The notes beneath the pieces are model-generated. The model did not search any database, had not been told where the DNA came from, and worked only from the letters and a program-made list of their open reading frames with translations. Made by a program: the position numbers and the translations under genes. DNA of 64,000 nucleotides from Candidatus Portnoybacteria bacterium (GTDB taxonomy: Bacteria > Patescibacteriota > Minisyncoccia > Portnoybacterales > GWB1-42-6): NCBI GenBank assembly GCA_028688325.1, contig JAQTYI010000003.1, positions 32,116 through 96,115 of the forward strand, in the 5' to 3' direction. This document shows, one piece after another, positions 45,979-56,690 of this stretch (the first letter of the stretch is position 1; every line of letters starts with the position of its first letter).

Positions 45979-46821
45979 ATGAACAACGCCGTCTTTCAAG
46001 AAAAATCCGTTCAAACAAGCGTCGGCAAAATTTTTTATTACCTGGAAAATTCTTTTCCGGGGCGGCCTTTTGTCGTACTGCTCCACGGCCTGTCTTCCAA
46101 CCACACGACATGGCTCAGCACAATGGAAGTTTTGCGCGCCAACAGATACAACTGCCTGGCGCCGGATATGCGCGGACACGGCCGCTCCGATAAAACAAAA
46201 GATGAAAATTTATATGAACTTTCCGTTTTTTCCGACGACCTGCAAAAAATAGCTGATAACGAGAATATCAAAGATTTTATATTGGCGGGTTATTCGTTTG
46301 GCGGCCAGGCCGCCATTGATTTTACCGCCAGGCATCCTGAACGGATCAAGGGGCTTATCCTTCTCAGCGCCAATCACGCGCCGTTTTTCAAATATCTGCA
46401 TCTTGATTTCCTGACTCCGCTCGTTGTCGGCGCGTTGAATTTTTTGGCCGCTCTTCTGCTCTGGCAAAAGCGCCAAAATTACCATTACTACCAACACGGC
46501 AAAACCGTCGGCTATTGGGATTCCGTTTGGGACGGCTTGCGCACAATGCCCATATCGGTGAATTTTTGGATGCTGGCGCGCGTGACGAAGCTTAATCTGG
46601 AAAATGAACTTAAAAATATCAAAGCGCCCGCCATCCTGGTTTACGGCCGAGAAGATGCGTTCATCACCAAAGCTGAAATCAACGCCGCAGCCAAAGCGAT
46701 GCCCGGCGCCCATCTGATATTTTCCAAAAACCCGGACCATTTCATAAGCACCAACGCCCAGAACGAAACAAACGAAATAATTTTGGAATTTTTAAAAAAA
46801 TATGAGAATAGCGATATTTAG
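45979..46821 (+). CDS. Alpha/beta hydrolase
   Basis: VVLLHGLSSNHTTW, nucleophile elbow GYSFGG, C-terminal His. Confidence 0.75.
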   Translation: MNNAVFQEKSVQTSVGKIFYYLENSFPGRPFVVLLHGLSSNHTTWLSTMEVLRANRYNCLAPDMRGHGRSDKTKDENLYELSVFSDDLQKIADNENIKDFILAGYSFGGQAAIDFTARHPERIKGLILLSANHAPFFKYLHLDFLTPLVVGALNFLAALLLWQKRQNYHYYQHGKTVGYWDSVWDGLRTMPISVNFWMLARVTKLNLENELKNIKAPAILVYGREDAFITKAEINAAAKAMPGAHLIFSKNPDHFISTNAQNETNEIILEFLKKYENSDI

Positions 46822-47962
46822 CGACACTTTCCCCCCGCAAACCACTAATGGCGTGGCCAATGTGGCATATCAGTCGGCCAAGGGACTCGCGGACAGGGGC
46901 CACGAAGTTATGGTTTTTACGGTTTCCAAGGATGCTTCGCGCCATAACGATTCCACCCGCAAGAATCTCTCGATCTGTTATCTCCCCTCTTTGCCGGCTT
47001 TGGTCTATGGCAATGAGCGGCTAAGTTTTCCGATCGGATTTTCTTTTAACCGGTTGAGAAAATTCAAGCCCGATATTATCCACACCCACACGCCGTTTTC
47101 TGTCGGTCTGGAAGCGGTGATGTGCGCCAAGTTTTTCAAAGTTCCGCTGGTCGGCACGCACCACACTTTCTATGACCATTATTTAAAGCACATTGGGATG
47201 AACCATGATTTTGGGAAAAAACTTTCCTGGAAGCTCACGGTCAGCTATTATAATCGATGCGACCTTATCTTAAGTCCGTCCCAATCGCTGGCTAATGCCA
47301 TGGTATCCAAGGGCCTAAAAAAACTGACGACAGTCCTGAAAAATTCCATAGACACAAAATTATTCCATCCGGTCAAAGACAACGAAACCAAAGAGAAACT
47401 AAAACGGTATTTCGGCATAGAAGACAGGTCTGTTGCTTATATGGGCCGGCTAAGCTACGAAAAAAGCATCGACCAGGTTATTAAAGCTTTTCCCTTGATG
47501 CTCGAAGAAATGCCGTCGCTCAAACTGATGCTTATCGGCGACGGACCGGAAAAAGACAAGCTGAAAAAGCTGGCGGAAAAATTGGGAGTCGCCGATAATG
47601 TCATCTTCACCGGATTCGTTTACGGCGAAACACTGGCCCGAGCCCTGCAAACCAACGATGTTTTCATAACCGCCAGCAAAAGCGAAAATATGCCCCTTTC
47701 CGTCCTTGAGGCGATGTCCGCGGGCCTGCCTATCGTCGCAGCTAAGGAAAACGGCCTGGCCGAGATTGTGGAAGAAAACACCAACGGATTTTTCGCGCGC
47801 ACGGACGACCCGGCCGATATCGCCCAAAAAACTCTGGCTATCCTTTCGAGCCCCGAGTTGCTCGGTAAATTCAGCGAGGGCTCGCGCCGCCTGGTCATGG
47901 AATATTCGGAAGAAAAGATTCTGACTCGGCTGGAAGATTATTATAAAGAATTGCTAAAATAA
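46802..47962 (+). CDS. GT4 glycosyltransferase
   Basis: Glyco_trans_4 N-domain plus the ...EAMSAGLPIVA motif. Confidence 0.85.
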   Translation: MRIAIFSDTFPPQTTNGVANVAYQSAKGLADRGHEVMVFTVSKDASRHNDSTRKNLSICYLPSLPALVYGNERLSFPIGFSFNRLRKFKPDIIHTHTPFSVGLEAVMCAKFFKVPLVGTHHTFYDHYLKHIGMNHDFGKKLSWKLTVSYYNRCDLILSPSQSLANAMVSKGLKKLTTVLKNSIDTKLFHPVKDNETKEKLKRYFGIEDRSVAYMGRLSYEKSIDQVIKAFPLMLEEMPSLKLMLIGDGPEKDKLKKLAEKLGVADNVIFTGFVYGETLARALQTNDVFITASKSENMPLSVLEAMSAGLPIVAAKENGLAEIVEENTNGFFARTDDPADIAQKTLAILSSPELLGKFSEGSRRLVMEYSEEKILTRLEDYYKELLK

Positions 47963-47985
47963 TTATTTATTATAAATAAAAAATA

Positions 47986-48016
47986 TTGTCATCCCGCACT
48001 TGACCCGGAATGACAA
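47986..48016. repeat. Family A short palindrome (ttgtcatcccgcacttgacccggaatgacaa)
   Basis: Intergenic between the two GT4 genes. Confidence 0.65.
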
Positions 48017-48028
48017 TTCATTGATATT

Positions 48029-49042
48029 ATGAAAATTTGTCTTTACCTGGAATTCTACCATTTCATGAATGGCATTTTTTTCAAGAACCTGGGCACGGGG
48101 CTTTTATCGTCTTACGAAAATCAGAAAAAATCACTCAAAGCCATGAATATCGATTTCACGGAAAAGTGGGACGATTCCTGCGACCCTCTGCAAATCAACA
48201 CGCCCTGGCTCAAATCCCTCTATCTCATCAAAAAAGCCCGCCGCAAAGGTAAAAAGGTTATCATCTGGTCGCATGTCACGGTCGAGGATTTTATGCAGGT
48301 CTTTCGCTTCAACAAATTTTTGGCGCCGCTGATGAAAAAATATTTGACTTACGCCTACGGCCTGGCAGATCTGGTTTTTTGCCCCAGCGCCTATACCAAG
48401 TCGCTCCTTGTCAATTACGGCCTGCCGCCGGAAAAACTGATGGTTCGCTCAAACGGCGTGGATACGAATTTTATTTTTCCCGACCAAGCGAGCCGCGACG
48501 CGTACCGCAAAGAATATAAATGCGAAAAGCTGACCGTCGGCACGGTGGGGCTCGTTATTCCCCGCAAAGGCACCGACACTTTTTTAATGCTGGCTGAAAA
48601 TTATCCGCAATACCAGTTCGTGTGGTTTGGCAAAATTTACAGCGCTATGATGGTTAAAGCCCTTCCCAAAGAGCTACCCGGCAACACGCAATTTACCGGA
48701 TATGTTCAAGACCGCAACGCCGCGTTCAATTGCCTGGATATTTTCGTTTTTCCGTCTTTTGAAGAGAACCAAGGAATGGTCATCCTTGAAGCGGCAGCCG
48801 TCGGACTCCCCATCATCGTGCGCGACTTGCCGGTTTACAACCCCTGGCTTATAGATGGCGTCAACTGTCTTAAAGCCAAAAATGACGAGGAATTCAAGAC
48901 CTGCCTTGAGCGCGTTATCGGCGACAACTCTTTAAGAACGCGGCTCAAAGAAGGCGCCAAAGCTCTGGCGCAGAAAGAAGACATCAAGGCGCTCAATCAG
49001 GAGTTATCAGAAATATACAAAAGATTATTAGAAAATAAATAA
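48029..49042 (+). CDS. GT4 glycosyltransferase, second of the pair
   Basis: FVFPSFEENQGMVILEAAAVGLPIIV C-terminal GT1/GT4 motif. Confidence 0.75.
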   Translation: MKICLYLEFYHFMNGIFFKNLGTGLLSSYENQKKSLKAMNIDFTEKWDDSCDPLQINTPWLKSLYLIKKARRKGKKVIIWSHVTVEDFMQVFRFNKFLAPLMKKYLTYAYGLADLVFCPSAYTKSLLVNYGLPPEKLMVRSNGVDTNFIFPDQASRDAYRKEYKCEKLTVGTVGLVIPRKGTDTFLMLAENYPQYQFVWFGKIYSAMMVKALPKELPGNTQFTGYVQDRNAAFNCLDIFVFPSFEENQGMVILEAAAVGLPIIVRDLPVYNPWLIDGVNCLKAKNDEEFKTCLERVIGDNSLRTRLKEGAKALAQKEDIKALNQELSEIYKRLLENK

Positions 49043-49224
49043 AAAAATATATATTATTCTTCGAGCGAAGCCCCGCTTTGGCGGGGCGTAGTCGAGAAGT
49101 CACACAATAGCTTAGTTCTCGACTCGTCCTATGGACTCGCTCGAACAATAATAGTTTAATTTCAATAATAAAAATCCCCCGCGGTTTCCCGCGAGGGTTG
49201 TTTGTTTGTTTTGCAAAATGCATC

Positions 49225-49974
49225 TTATAGTATTTTGGCAATGGCAATGTTCCAAACAATAACGTTTTCTGCCATCGCAATGAAAAAATGTTTTTTCCAA
49301 GAACCCCGTTGTATCATAACAGCCTGAGCGTTCTGAATGATAAAGAACGCTGCCAACAAGCCGCTCACCCAGAACACTACCTCCTTGGGCATCGGAGCGA
49401 CAATATACGCCAACATCACAGCCACCTGCGCCGACATGAACCAGAAATGCACCCAGCCGGCTTTCGTCATATCGTCGTAAAAACCGTTGTGTTCAACGGG
49501 GACTCTTGTTTCGGGAGTATGACCGATATTCCAGCCGATGAAAATATGGCCGAGGTTTTCATCGTGTCCCCACCAGGCGCGATGAAAAAGAATGCTCACC
49601 GCTATGCCGGCAACAAGAAAGAAAGGCGTGAACATGACAAAAAATGAAACACCGTTCCACTGCCGATCCAAGACCGGCCACAACGACGACACAACCAGCG
49701 CGTTGACTACGGGAAAGATATACATATCCCCCCAACTGGCCGCCCAGTTATTCAGAAATGACATGGGCAAATGTTGCCAACGGTATTGGCCATGAAATTT
49801 GACCGGCGTCCTGCTGTATTCTTCCAGTTGCCCCAAAGAGAAAGTTTTATCCTTATAGGACATCACCGCTTCAAACAGCTTCCAGAGCAGCGTTATCGCC
49901 GCTGCCATTAGTACAATCTCTATGGTTTTCAAGGTACCGCCCTCCTTTCGTTCGTTTTCCACAAAATACACCAA
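49225..49974 (-). CDS. Hypothetical polytopic membrane protein
   Basis: Five or six transmembrane helices; Trp/His-rich loops. Confidence 0.5.
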   Translation of the reverse strand: MVYFVENERKEGGTLKTIEIVLMAAAITLLWKLFEAVMSYKDKTFSLGQLEEYSRTPVKFHGQYRWQHLPMSFLNNWAASWGDMYIFPVVNALVVSSLWPVLDRQWNGVSFFVMFTPFFLVAGIAVSILFHRAWWGHDENLGHIFIGWNIGHTPETRVPVEHNGFYDDMTKAGWVHFWFMSAQVAVMLAYIVAPMPKEVVFWVSGLLAAFFIIQNAQAVMIQRGSWKKHFFIAMAENVIVWNIAIAKIL

Positions 49975-50093
49975 AACGACAATTGTGTCAATCCCGTTAA
50001 AAATTATTAAACTCTCTTTTTGCTGGCAGAGATTGTATCAATCAGCCAAACGAATTATTCAAAAAATCGTTTATCCAATAATTTCTAACGGGA

Positions 50094-50741
50094 TCAAACA
50101 TTTTCCTCTTTCAAAAACAACTCGTAGTCCTTCGCAAACAGCCATTGGGCAATGTGGCAAATGCCATAAGCGATGAAAAACGCGGCAAAAACATCGATGG
50201 AATAATGCAAATGGCCCAGCAAAACGCTGGCGCTGAAAAACACGGATAAACAAATGAAAAATGCCCTCAAACGCTTGTTTTTCCAGAATATCAGCGCCAT
50301 CAGGAACGGCATGCCGGCGTGCGAGGAAAAGAACAAGTCATTGCCGGAAGTTATCTCGCTAAACATATTACTCAAACTCAAAATGGGCTGGCCCGGCGGC
50401 GCGGCCAAGTGCGTCAAAGAAATAAAAGCGGAGCGAATCAAAATAAAGATTGCTATGCTTTTGAGCACAAAGGGTATTCTTCGCGGCTCTTTTACCATCA
50501 GCCAGGCAACAAATATAAAAAATATGATAGTTCCTTGAAAAAATATCCAGCCGACATTTATCGCCGGCAAATTATCTAAGAAAAGATCGGAAACGGAATT
50601 GCTCGCGCGGTTGGTTACATAGATATTGGCGCCATAGTTGATAAACAAGCTCAAGGCCAAGAAAACCAAGCCAAAAATACCACTCCAGCGAAGATTATTT
50701 TGCGACCAAAATGACTTGTGTCTATGGATAATATTTTTCAT
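50094..50741 (-). CDS. PAP2-superfamily membrane phosphatase
   Basis: FFSSHAG and GHLHYSIDV resemble PAP2 motifs C2 and C3. Confidence 0.6.
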   Translation of the reverse strand: MKNIIHRHKSFWSQNNLRWSGIFGLVFLALSLFINYGANIYVTNRASNSVSDLFLDNLPAINVGWIFFQGTIIFFIFVAWLMVKEPRRIPFVLKSIAIFILIRSAFISLTHLAAPPGQPILSLSNMFSEITSGNDLFFSSHAGMPFLMALIFWKNKRLRAFFICLSVFFSASVLLGHLHYSIDVFAAFFIAYGICHIAQWLFAKDYELFLKEENV

Positions 50742-50775
50742 AGTATCGGCCCGGTTTTACGGGCAAAGCGCGCCT

Positions 50776-51204
50776 TTACTGCGACGACGAAGGAGAAACC
50801 TGGACATCCGGCCTTATTTGAACCTGGCTGGCAGTGATGCTGCCGTCCGAGTTAGCCGTGCCGTTGGCAACAACCTGCTTGCCGACCGCCAGCTCGTCCT
50901 GAGAAGCGGAAGCCGTCTTTTGCAGCTGGGTTGAAGCTGAATAAAAAACTATTCTGGAACCGCCGTCCCTCAATTTGATTGTAACGCTTTTATCGTCTTT
51001 GGCAATGATCTCACCCGCCGCGACTCCGTCGTTGCGGTTAACGCCTGCGGAAAAGTTGCCTGCTCCGCGCTGGCGCTGGCCGCCGGAAAAATTCTGCGCC
51101 AAAGACGCGGTCTTACCCTGTTGATATTTCATGCCGCCGAAAAAACCGCCCGCGCCAAAGATAAGCGCGCACAGAATGCCGGCTATAATAGTTTTGTTTT
51201 TCAT
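50776..51204 (-). CDS. Hypothetical secreted/anchored beta-rich protein
   Basis: N-terminal transmembrane/signal segment, Gly-rich region. C-terminal domain similar to 55094-55588 (KSVTIKLRDGGSRIVF ... ITASQVQIRP). Confidence 0.45.
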   Translation of the reverse strand: MKNKTIIAGILCALIFGAGGFFGGMKYQQGKTASLAQNFSGGQRQRGAGNFSAGVNRNDGVAAGEIIAKDDKSVTIKLRDGGSRIVFYSASTQLQKTASASQDELAVGKQVVANGTANSDGSITASQVQIRPDVQVSPSSSQ

Positions 51205-51350
51205 AAAAATTAAATTCTGAATTCTAAATTCTAAACAATATTTAATGACCAAATTTCAAAACCGTTTCAATGTTTAAGATTTTTGGATTTTTAATTTTGA
51301 GTTCGTTTGGAATTTAGAATTTAGGATTCAGAATTTTTTATATTTACTGT
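51185..51350. repeat. Family D AT-rich hairpin cluster
   Basis: aattctgaattctaaattctaaa...tttagaatttaggattcagaatttt palindromic arms. Confidence 0.5.
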
Positions 51351-52573
51351 TATTCATATCTTAATGCTTCAATGGGATTCAATTGCGAAGCGCGCCGGGC
51401 TGGATAATAGCCAAACACCACTCCGATGGCCGCAGAAACTCCGAAGGCCAAAAATACCGAAGACCAGGAAACCGATGTGGCGATGCCGGCGAACAAAGAA
51501 ACCAGATAAGCCAAAAGCCAACCCAAGCCGACCCCAATCATCCCGCCAAGAAAAGTCAAAGTTATCGCTTCCATCAAAAATTGCAGATTTATATCCCTCT
51601 TCTTGGCGCCGATGGCTTTGCGCAGGCCAATTTCGCGTGTTCGTTCAGTCACGGTCGTCAACATCATATTCATTATGCCGATGCCGCCAACCAGCAAAGA
51701 GATGCCGGCAATGGAAGCCAGCAGTATTGTGAAAGTACTGGTAACCGTTGAGGCGGTCGCCACGATATCGGCCTGAGTCAGAACGCCAAAATCCGCGGCC
51801 GCAGGGTCTGATATCTTATGCCGCTCCAGCAAAAGGATCGTTATCTGCTGTTGGACGGAAGCCATTGAAGACTGGTCCTGTGCCTCAATGCTGATGGTTG
51901 TTACATAGGCATCCCCTGCCAAGAATCTCTGCGCTGTGGTCAGGGGGACATAAACAATGTCGTCGGGATTGTTGAACCCCGATCCTCCTTTGGCCTGCGT
52001 GATGCCGACGATCTTGAATATTACGCCGTTGATCTTAATTGACTGGCCCAGCGCTTCGGCGCCCTGGCCAAAAAGATCGTCCCTAACGGTCGGCCCGATA
52101 ACGGCCACTTTGGAATACGAGGCCATCTGCTGTGCGTCAATGAACGATCCCTCGCCAACAGCGATATTGCGCACCTCAGGATAGGCCGGGGTGGTGCCGG
52201 TAATGGATGTGTTGGTATTTTGGCCTTTGGCCGTTATTTGATAACGGCGCGTGAGTTCTGGCGCAATCTGCTTTATGGAACTTATTTCTTTCTGGATGGC
52301 GTCCGCGTCAGCCTGCGTCAGGGTCTGGGCCGAGCCGCGGCCAGCGCTCACCTGCACACCGACGCCCCGCTGGGCGCCCGGCGTTACGATGACAAGATTG
52401 GAGCCGATGGATTGGATGCTGGACTGGATGCTGCCTTGCGCCCCCTGGCCGATGGAGACCATAGCAATAACCGAACCGATGCCGATAACAATTCCCAGCA
52501 CCGTCAAAAAAGACCTGATCTTGTTGGCCGACAAAGCGAAGTAGATTTCTTCCAGCAGATCGAAAATAGCCAT
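51350..52573 (-). CDS. ABC transporter permease (MacB/FtsX family)
   Basis: N-terminal transmembrane helix, large periplasmic domain, C-terminal FtsX four-helix bundle. Confidence 0.85.
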   Translation of the reverse strand: MAIFDLLEEIYFALSANKIRSFLTVLGIVIGIGSVIAMVSIGQGAQGSIQSSIQSIGSNLVIVTPGAQRGVGVQVSAGRGSAQTLTQADADAIQKEISSIKQIAPELTRRYQITAKGQNTNTSITGTTPAYPEVRNIAVGEGSFIDAQQMASYSKVAVIGPTVRDDLFGQGAEALGQSIKINGVIFKIVGITQAKGGSGFNNPDDIVYVPLTTAQRFLAGDAYVTTISIEAQDQSSMASVQQQITILLLERHKISDPAAADFGVLTQADIVATASTVTSTFTILLASIAGISLLVGGIGIMNMMLTTVTERTREIGLRKAIGAKKRDINLQFLMEAITLTFLGGMIGVGLGWLLAYLVSLFAGIATSVSWSSVFLAFGVSAAIGVVFGYYPARRASQLNPIEALRYE

Positions 52574-52577
52574 AAAT

Positions 52578-53258
52578 TTATCTTAAAATCTCGTCCTTCA
52601 AAATGCTTCCGTCGCGGATATGGATAATGCGCTTGGCATGCCTGGCCACTTCCGGCTCATGAGTTATCAGAACGATGGTGTGGCCGGCATCGTTGAGCTT
52701 CTTGAATGTTTCCAATATCAAGTCGCCGGTTTTCGTGTCCAGATTTCCAGTCGGCTCGTCCGCCAAAATAAGAGAAGGGTTATTTATCAGCGCCCGCGCG
52801 ATTGCCACGCGCTGCATCTGCCCGCCGGACAGCTGATTTGAAAGATGGTGGAAGTGCGTTTCGGGCAGACCGGTTGCTGATAATTTTTCTTCCGCTATCC
52901 TTACCCTCTCTTCTTTGGAGACGCCCGAATACACCAAAGGCAAATAAACATTGCGGATGACCGAAGCGCGAGGCAAAAGATTGAATGACTGAAAAACGAA
53001 ACCGATCTTATTTTTTCTGATATCCGCCAATTCGTCTTCCGTCAACAAGGCGACATCTTGTCCGTCCAACAGATATCTGCCGCTCGTCGGCGTATCCAAA
53101 GCGCCCAAAATATGCATCAGAGTTGATTTGCCCGAGCCGCTTGGCCCCATTATCGCCACGAATTCCCCGTCGTTTATTTTGAATGACACATTTTTCAACG
53201 CCAAGAATTCCACATTCTCATTCTTGTATAGTTTGGTGATATCGGATATTTCTATCAT
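52578..53258 (-). CDS. ABC transporter ATP-binding protein (MacB/LolD type)
   Basis: Walker [10 protein letters not shown], signature [15 protein letters not shown], Walker [12 protein letters not shown]. Confidence 0.9.
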   Translation of the reverse strand: MIEISDITKLYKNENVEFLALKNVSFKINDGEFVAIMGPSGSGKSTLMHILGALDTPTSGRYLLDGQDVALLTEDELADIRKNKIGFVFQSFNLLPRASVIRNVYLPLVYSGVSKEERVRIAEEKLSATGLPETHFHHLSNQLSGGQMQRVAIARALINNPSLILADEPTGNLDTKTGDLILETFKKLNDAGHTIVLITHEPEVARHAKRIIHIRDGSILKDEILR

Positions 53259-53264
53259 GCTATT

Positions 53265-55082
53265 TTAATTTCCCCTTATAGCCCTATTAGCCGCGCCTCC
53301 ACCGCCCGCGCCGCTAAGGCCGGGAATCCTCAAGCCGGAACTTTGGTAGGGAGAAGTGTTCGTCGTGCCGGAAGTTATGGTTTGAACGATGATGGTGTCC
53401 CCTTCTTTCAGTCCGATGGTAATTTCCGTTGAGGTGTCGTTAGACGCGCCAATCTCCACGGCTTGGGCCTGAGGCAACATTTTCAATGTGACTTGATTGG
53501 CCGAACCGGTCACCGGCTGAGACGCGGATTTATCCGCGATCTCGACATAAGATTGGCCCCCCTGGGTTTTCACGGCGCCGTTGGGCACGACCAGAACATC
53601 CGGCTTGGCATCGATTATTACTGACGCCGATGTGCTCATGCCGGGTTTTATCCTGTCATCCTGCGCGTCCAAAACTATTTGCACATTATAACTTACAACT
53701 CCCTGGGCGACCGTCCCGGTAACATCTATTTGCGCCACATGCCCCGTCAGCGTCAATCCGTCAATAGCGTCAAAAGTGAGATTGGCCCGCTGGCCGATTT
53801 TGACCCTGGCTACATCGACTTCGTTCAGCGATATCACGACGATGCGCTGGCTGGTCACGACAGTGGCCGCGGCAAAACCCGAAGAAACCGAATCTCCTTT
53901 GCCAACATTAATCTTGGCGATGACACCGTCAAAAGGAGCGCGGATATAATAATTCGCCAATGTTTGCTGGGCGTCCGCCAAAGCATTCTGCCGCTGCTTG
54001 ACTGCCAGCTGTTGCGATTGGATATCCAGCGGATCAGCGCCGGCTTTTAATTTTGCCAGCGATTGGGTTTTTTCCGTGATGGCCAGATCGTCGCTCACCA
54101 GCGTGTCTTTGTAATTTTTTATCAAGTCCATGCTGGACGAAATGCTTGATAAATTAGTGTTTGATTTGGCGGTATAGGTTGCGACATTGGCCTGATGTGT
54201 TGCCATCTGCAAAGGCAACGAAGTTCCCCTTGCAGTCAGGCGATCCTTCACAAAACTTAAAAAATTATCCGAACTCTTCACGGAATTGGACGCCAATTTG
54301 AAAGTGTTGTAAGTTTCATTGAGCAAAGCGTCTATCGCGTCGTTGCCCGAATCACGGGTTGCGGCCTTATAATTAAGGAAATTTTTATCGTAAGCTGCGC
54401 GAGCCGCCTGGTATTTGGCGTTGGCATCATCCCTGTAAGTAAAAACCGTCTGGTCGTATACTTTGGCCAGATCGGTATAGTAAGAAATATTATCCTGTTG
54501 CGGGTTGTAACTGGTGCCATAAAGCGCGCTCTGGACGCCGGTAATCACGGTTGGCAAATCCAGAAAAGCATTGGAAATATTGGTAAAAGCGTCCGAGTAA
54601 GCCGCATTCAGACTGTCCTGACCCTTGGCTTTTGCCTGCCGAGCTAATGTCAGCGAGTTTTCGGCCTGAGTTACTGCTAATTGGTCGGCCGGTTGGACGA
54701 GCTTGTCCAAAGATAATTGCGCCGAGTCCAAATTCGCCTGCGCATCGCGAACCGCTTTCTGCGCGTCTTGCGCGTTTAGCTGCACAAGCAACGCGCCGCT
54801 TTTAACCTGCTGCCCCGCAACCACCCCAACGAAAGTCGCCTCTCCCGACGACGCTTTGGCTTTAACATCCACCTGGCTCGACGCCGAGACCTGGCCGTTG
54901 CCGCTGATTGAAGTTACCAGGGTATCCTTTTTGACCGCACCCAGAACATAACGGGTCGCGGCCTGACTTTGGTTTGAGGAACTGTAAAAATAATATGCGC
55001 CAAAAAGCACGGTGATAACTGCGGCTGCTGTTAAAAATTTATGCTTTTGAGCAAGCTCCTTCAATTTTTGCGGATAATTCAT
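53265..55082 (-). CDS. HlyD/MacA-family periplasmic adaptor with extended coiled coil
   Basis: N-terminal transmembrane helix, biotinyl-lipoyl-like half-motifs, about 250-aa coiled coil, beta-barrel C-domain, Gly-rich tail. Confidence 0.75.
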   Translation of the reverse strand: MNYPQKLKELAQKHKFLTAAAVITVLFGAYYFYSSSNQSQAATRYVLGAVKKDTLVTSISGNGQVSASSQVDVKAKASSGEATFVGVVAGQQVKSGALLVQLNAQDAQKAVRDAQANLDSAQLSLDKLVQPADQLAVTQAENSLTLARQAKAKGQDSLNAAYSDAFTNISNAFLDLPTVITGVQSALYGTSYNPQQDNISYYTDLAKVYDQTVFTYRDDANAKYQAARAAYDKNFLNYKAATRDSGNDAIDALLNETYNTFKLASNSVKSSDNFLSFVKDRLTARGTSLPLQMATHQANVATYTAKSNTNLSSISSSMDLIKNYKDTLVSDDLAITEKTQSLAKLKAGADPLDIQSQQLAVKQRQNALADAQQTLANYYIRAPFDGVIAKINVGKGDSVSSGFAAATVVTSQRIVVISLNEVDVARVKIGQRANLTFDAIDGLTLTGHVAQIDVTGTVAQGVVSYNVQIVLDAQDDRIKPGMSTSASVIIDAKPDVLVVPNGAVKTQGGQSYVEIADKSASQPVTGSANQVTLKMLPQAQAVEIGASNDTSTEITIGLKEGDTIIVQTITSGTTNTSPYQSSGLRIPGLSGAGGGGAANRAIRGN

Positions 55083-55093
55083 ATATCGATCGG

Positions 55094-55588
55094 TTATTTG
55101 GAGTTAAAAACCCTTATCAGGATGGCCTCTATCTGTCCGCCGGTGTTGGGATTGCCGACAACTACGACCAATTCGCCGATTTTAAGATCGCCCAATTTTA
55201 TGTCCTGTTGTCCGTTGCGTATTATCGTTTTGTCGGAAACGACCACGATCTTTTCGGGCGTGTTATTGCCGTCCACCACCAGATTATTGCCGTCTATCTT
55301 GATTATCAGGCCCGTTGTGCCGTGGGCGCTGATAAAATCACTGCCGAACATCATCGGCATCTGGCGGAAAAATCCGTTTCTCGGGCCGCCGAAATTACGG
55401 TGATAATTTTCTCCCCAATTATAGCTGAAATTGGCCTTGCGATAGCCCACCGCCATCCCCAATCCGAAAACGCCGGTGATGATTATCAAAAATAAAACCG
55501 CGGCCGTTGTTATTTTAAAAATTCTGGAATGAGCCGCTCCGGCTAATTTTTTGGCGATGCTATCGCTGATTTTTTCGTTCGTTTCCAT
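55094..55588 (-). CDS. Hypothetical membrane-anchored beta-rich protein, paralog of 50776-51204
   Basis: Transmembrane helix followed by IKIDGNNLVVDG...IIRNGQQDIKLGDLKIGELVVVVG. Confidence 0.5.
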   Translation of the reverse strand: METNEKISDSIAKKLAGAAHSRIFKITTAAVLFLIIITGVFGLGMAVGYRKANFSYNWGENYHRNFGGPRNGFFRQMPMMFGSDFISAHGTTGLIIKIDGNNLVVDGNNTPEKIVVVSDKTIIRNGQQDIKLGDLKIGELVVVVGNPNTGGQIEAILIRVFNSK

Positions 55589-55597
55589 ATATTTATA

Positions 55598-56071
55598 TTA
55601 ATTATTAAGTTTAAAAGTCGAATTAAAATTAAGCTTGGGCAAGCTGTTAAATATGAGTCCGGCCGACACCAACAACAATAAGAATCCGGCCATAGTTAGA
55701 GCGAACGGCCAGACGGGCAAAGATTCCAAAAATGACAAGGCAAAATCCTGCCAATTGGCCAGAATCGCCATAGAATCGGAAAAGGCCAAAAATAATATTT
55801 TCAGTGTTCCGGTTTGTTCAAATTGCCGGCCAAGCTCGGAAACGGCAAAAAACACGACCGACAAAGAAATACCGGAAACGGCTAAAGAGCCGATCATTTC
55901 CATCCTGGCATAGAACAGTCGGCGGTGTGAAATGGCCAGAATGATCTTAGGCAGCAAATAAGCCGGGGGCTCTTGGCCCTCGGCTAATATTTCCGGTAAC
56001 ATCTTATCAAGGTGAGCCAAAGAAAAGTCGACGGTTTCTTTGGCATTAAAATTGGTCTTTTTGTCCTTCAT
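55598..56071 (-). CDS. Putative anti-sigma factor (membrane protein directly downstream of the ECF sigma)
   Basis: Call rests on position and transmembrane segments only; start uncertain. Confidence 0.35.
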   Translation of the reverse strand: MKDKKTNFNAKETVDFSLAHLDKMLPEILAEGQEPPAYLLPKIILAISHRRLFYARMEMIGSLAVSGISLSVVFFAVSELGRQFEQTGTLKILFLAFSDSMAILANWQDFALSFLESLPVWPFALTMAGFLLLLVSAGLIFNSLPKLNFNSTFKLNN

Positions 56072-56672
56072 ACCTATATATACGGGTCGATGGTCCTTTT
56101 TGGTGCATTTTGCCGCCCGCAATCCTTTTTCTCAAAAATAGCAAGGCCCGGCGACTCCGGCTTTTTACCGTATCTATAGGTTCTCCCAGCAATTCGGCTA
56201 TCTCTTTGAAGGTCATACGCTGGCCGTAGCGCAGTAAAATTATTTCCCTGCTATGCCCGGATAATTTTGCCAGATGCTCCTGCATTTCCCGGGCTAATTC
56301 TTTCTTGTTTATTTCCTCGATTATAGATTCTCCCGTATCGGCTATCTTGTCCGATAACTGTTCTCCGTCTTTGTCGTTTTCCAACGCCGAAAACGCTATC
56401 GGCTTTTTGCGCCGCAAATAATCCACGCAAATATTCCGGACGATGCGCCACATCCAAGTTTGAAAATTTCTATTTTGATCGAATTTCCTCAGTCCCTGCC
56501 AAACTTTCATGAAAACCTCCTGGGTCAGATCTTCCGCTTCTTTGGCGCTGCCGATGTAACGAGCCGTAAAATTGAACACGCGCTTAAAATAGCGCCTGAT
56601 AAGCGTCTCCAGCGCCTCTTCATTGCCCGTTAGATAAAGCCCGACTAATTGTTCATCGGACAGATCTTTCAT
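56046..56672 (-). CDS. ECF-type RNA polymerase sigma factor
   Basis: Region 2 (DLTQEVFMKVW), region 4 HTH (MTFKEIAELLGEPIDTVKSR). Confidence 0.8.
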   Translation of the reverse strand: MKDLSDEQLVGLYLTGNEEALETLIRRYFKRVFNFTARYIGSAKEAEDLTQEVFMKVWQGLRKFDQNRNFQTWMWRIVRNICVDYLRRKKPIAFSALENDKDGEQLSDKIADTGESIIEEINKKELAREMQEHLAKLSGHSREIILLRYGQRMTFKEIAELLGEPIDTVKSRSRRALLFLRKRIAGGKMHQKGPSTRIYRYEGQKDQF

Positions 56673-56690
56673 GAAAAAAATAAAAGGGAT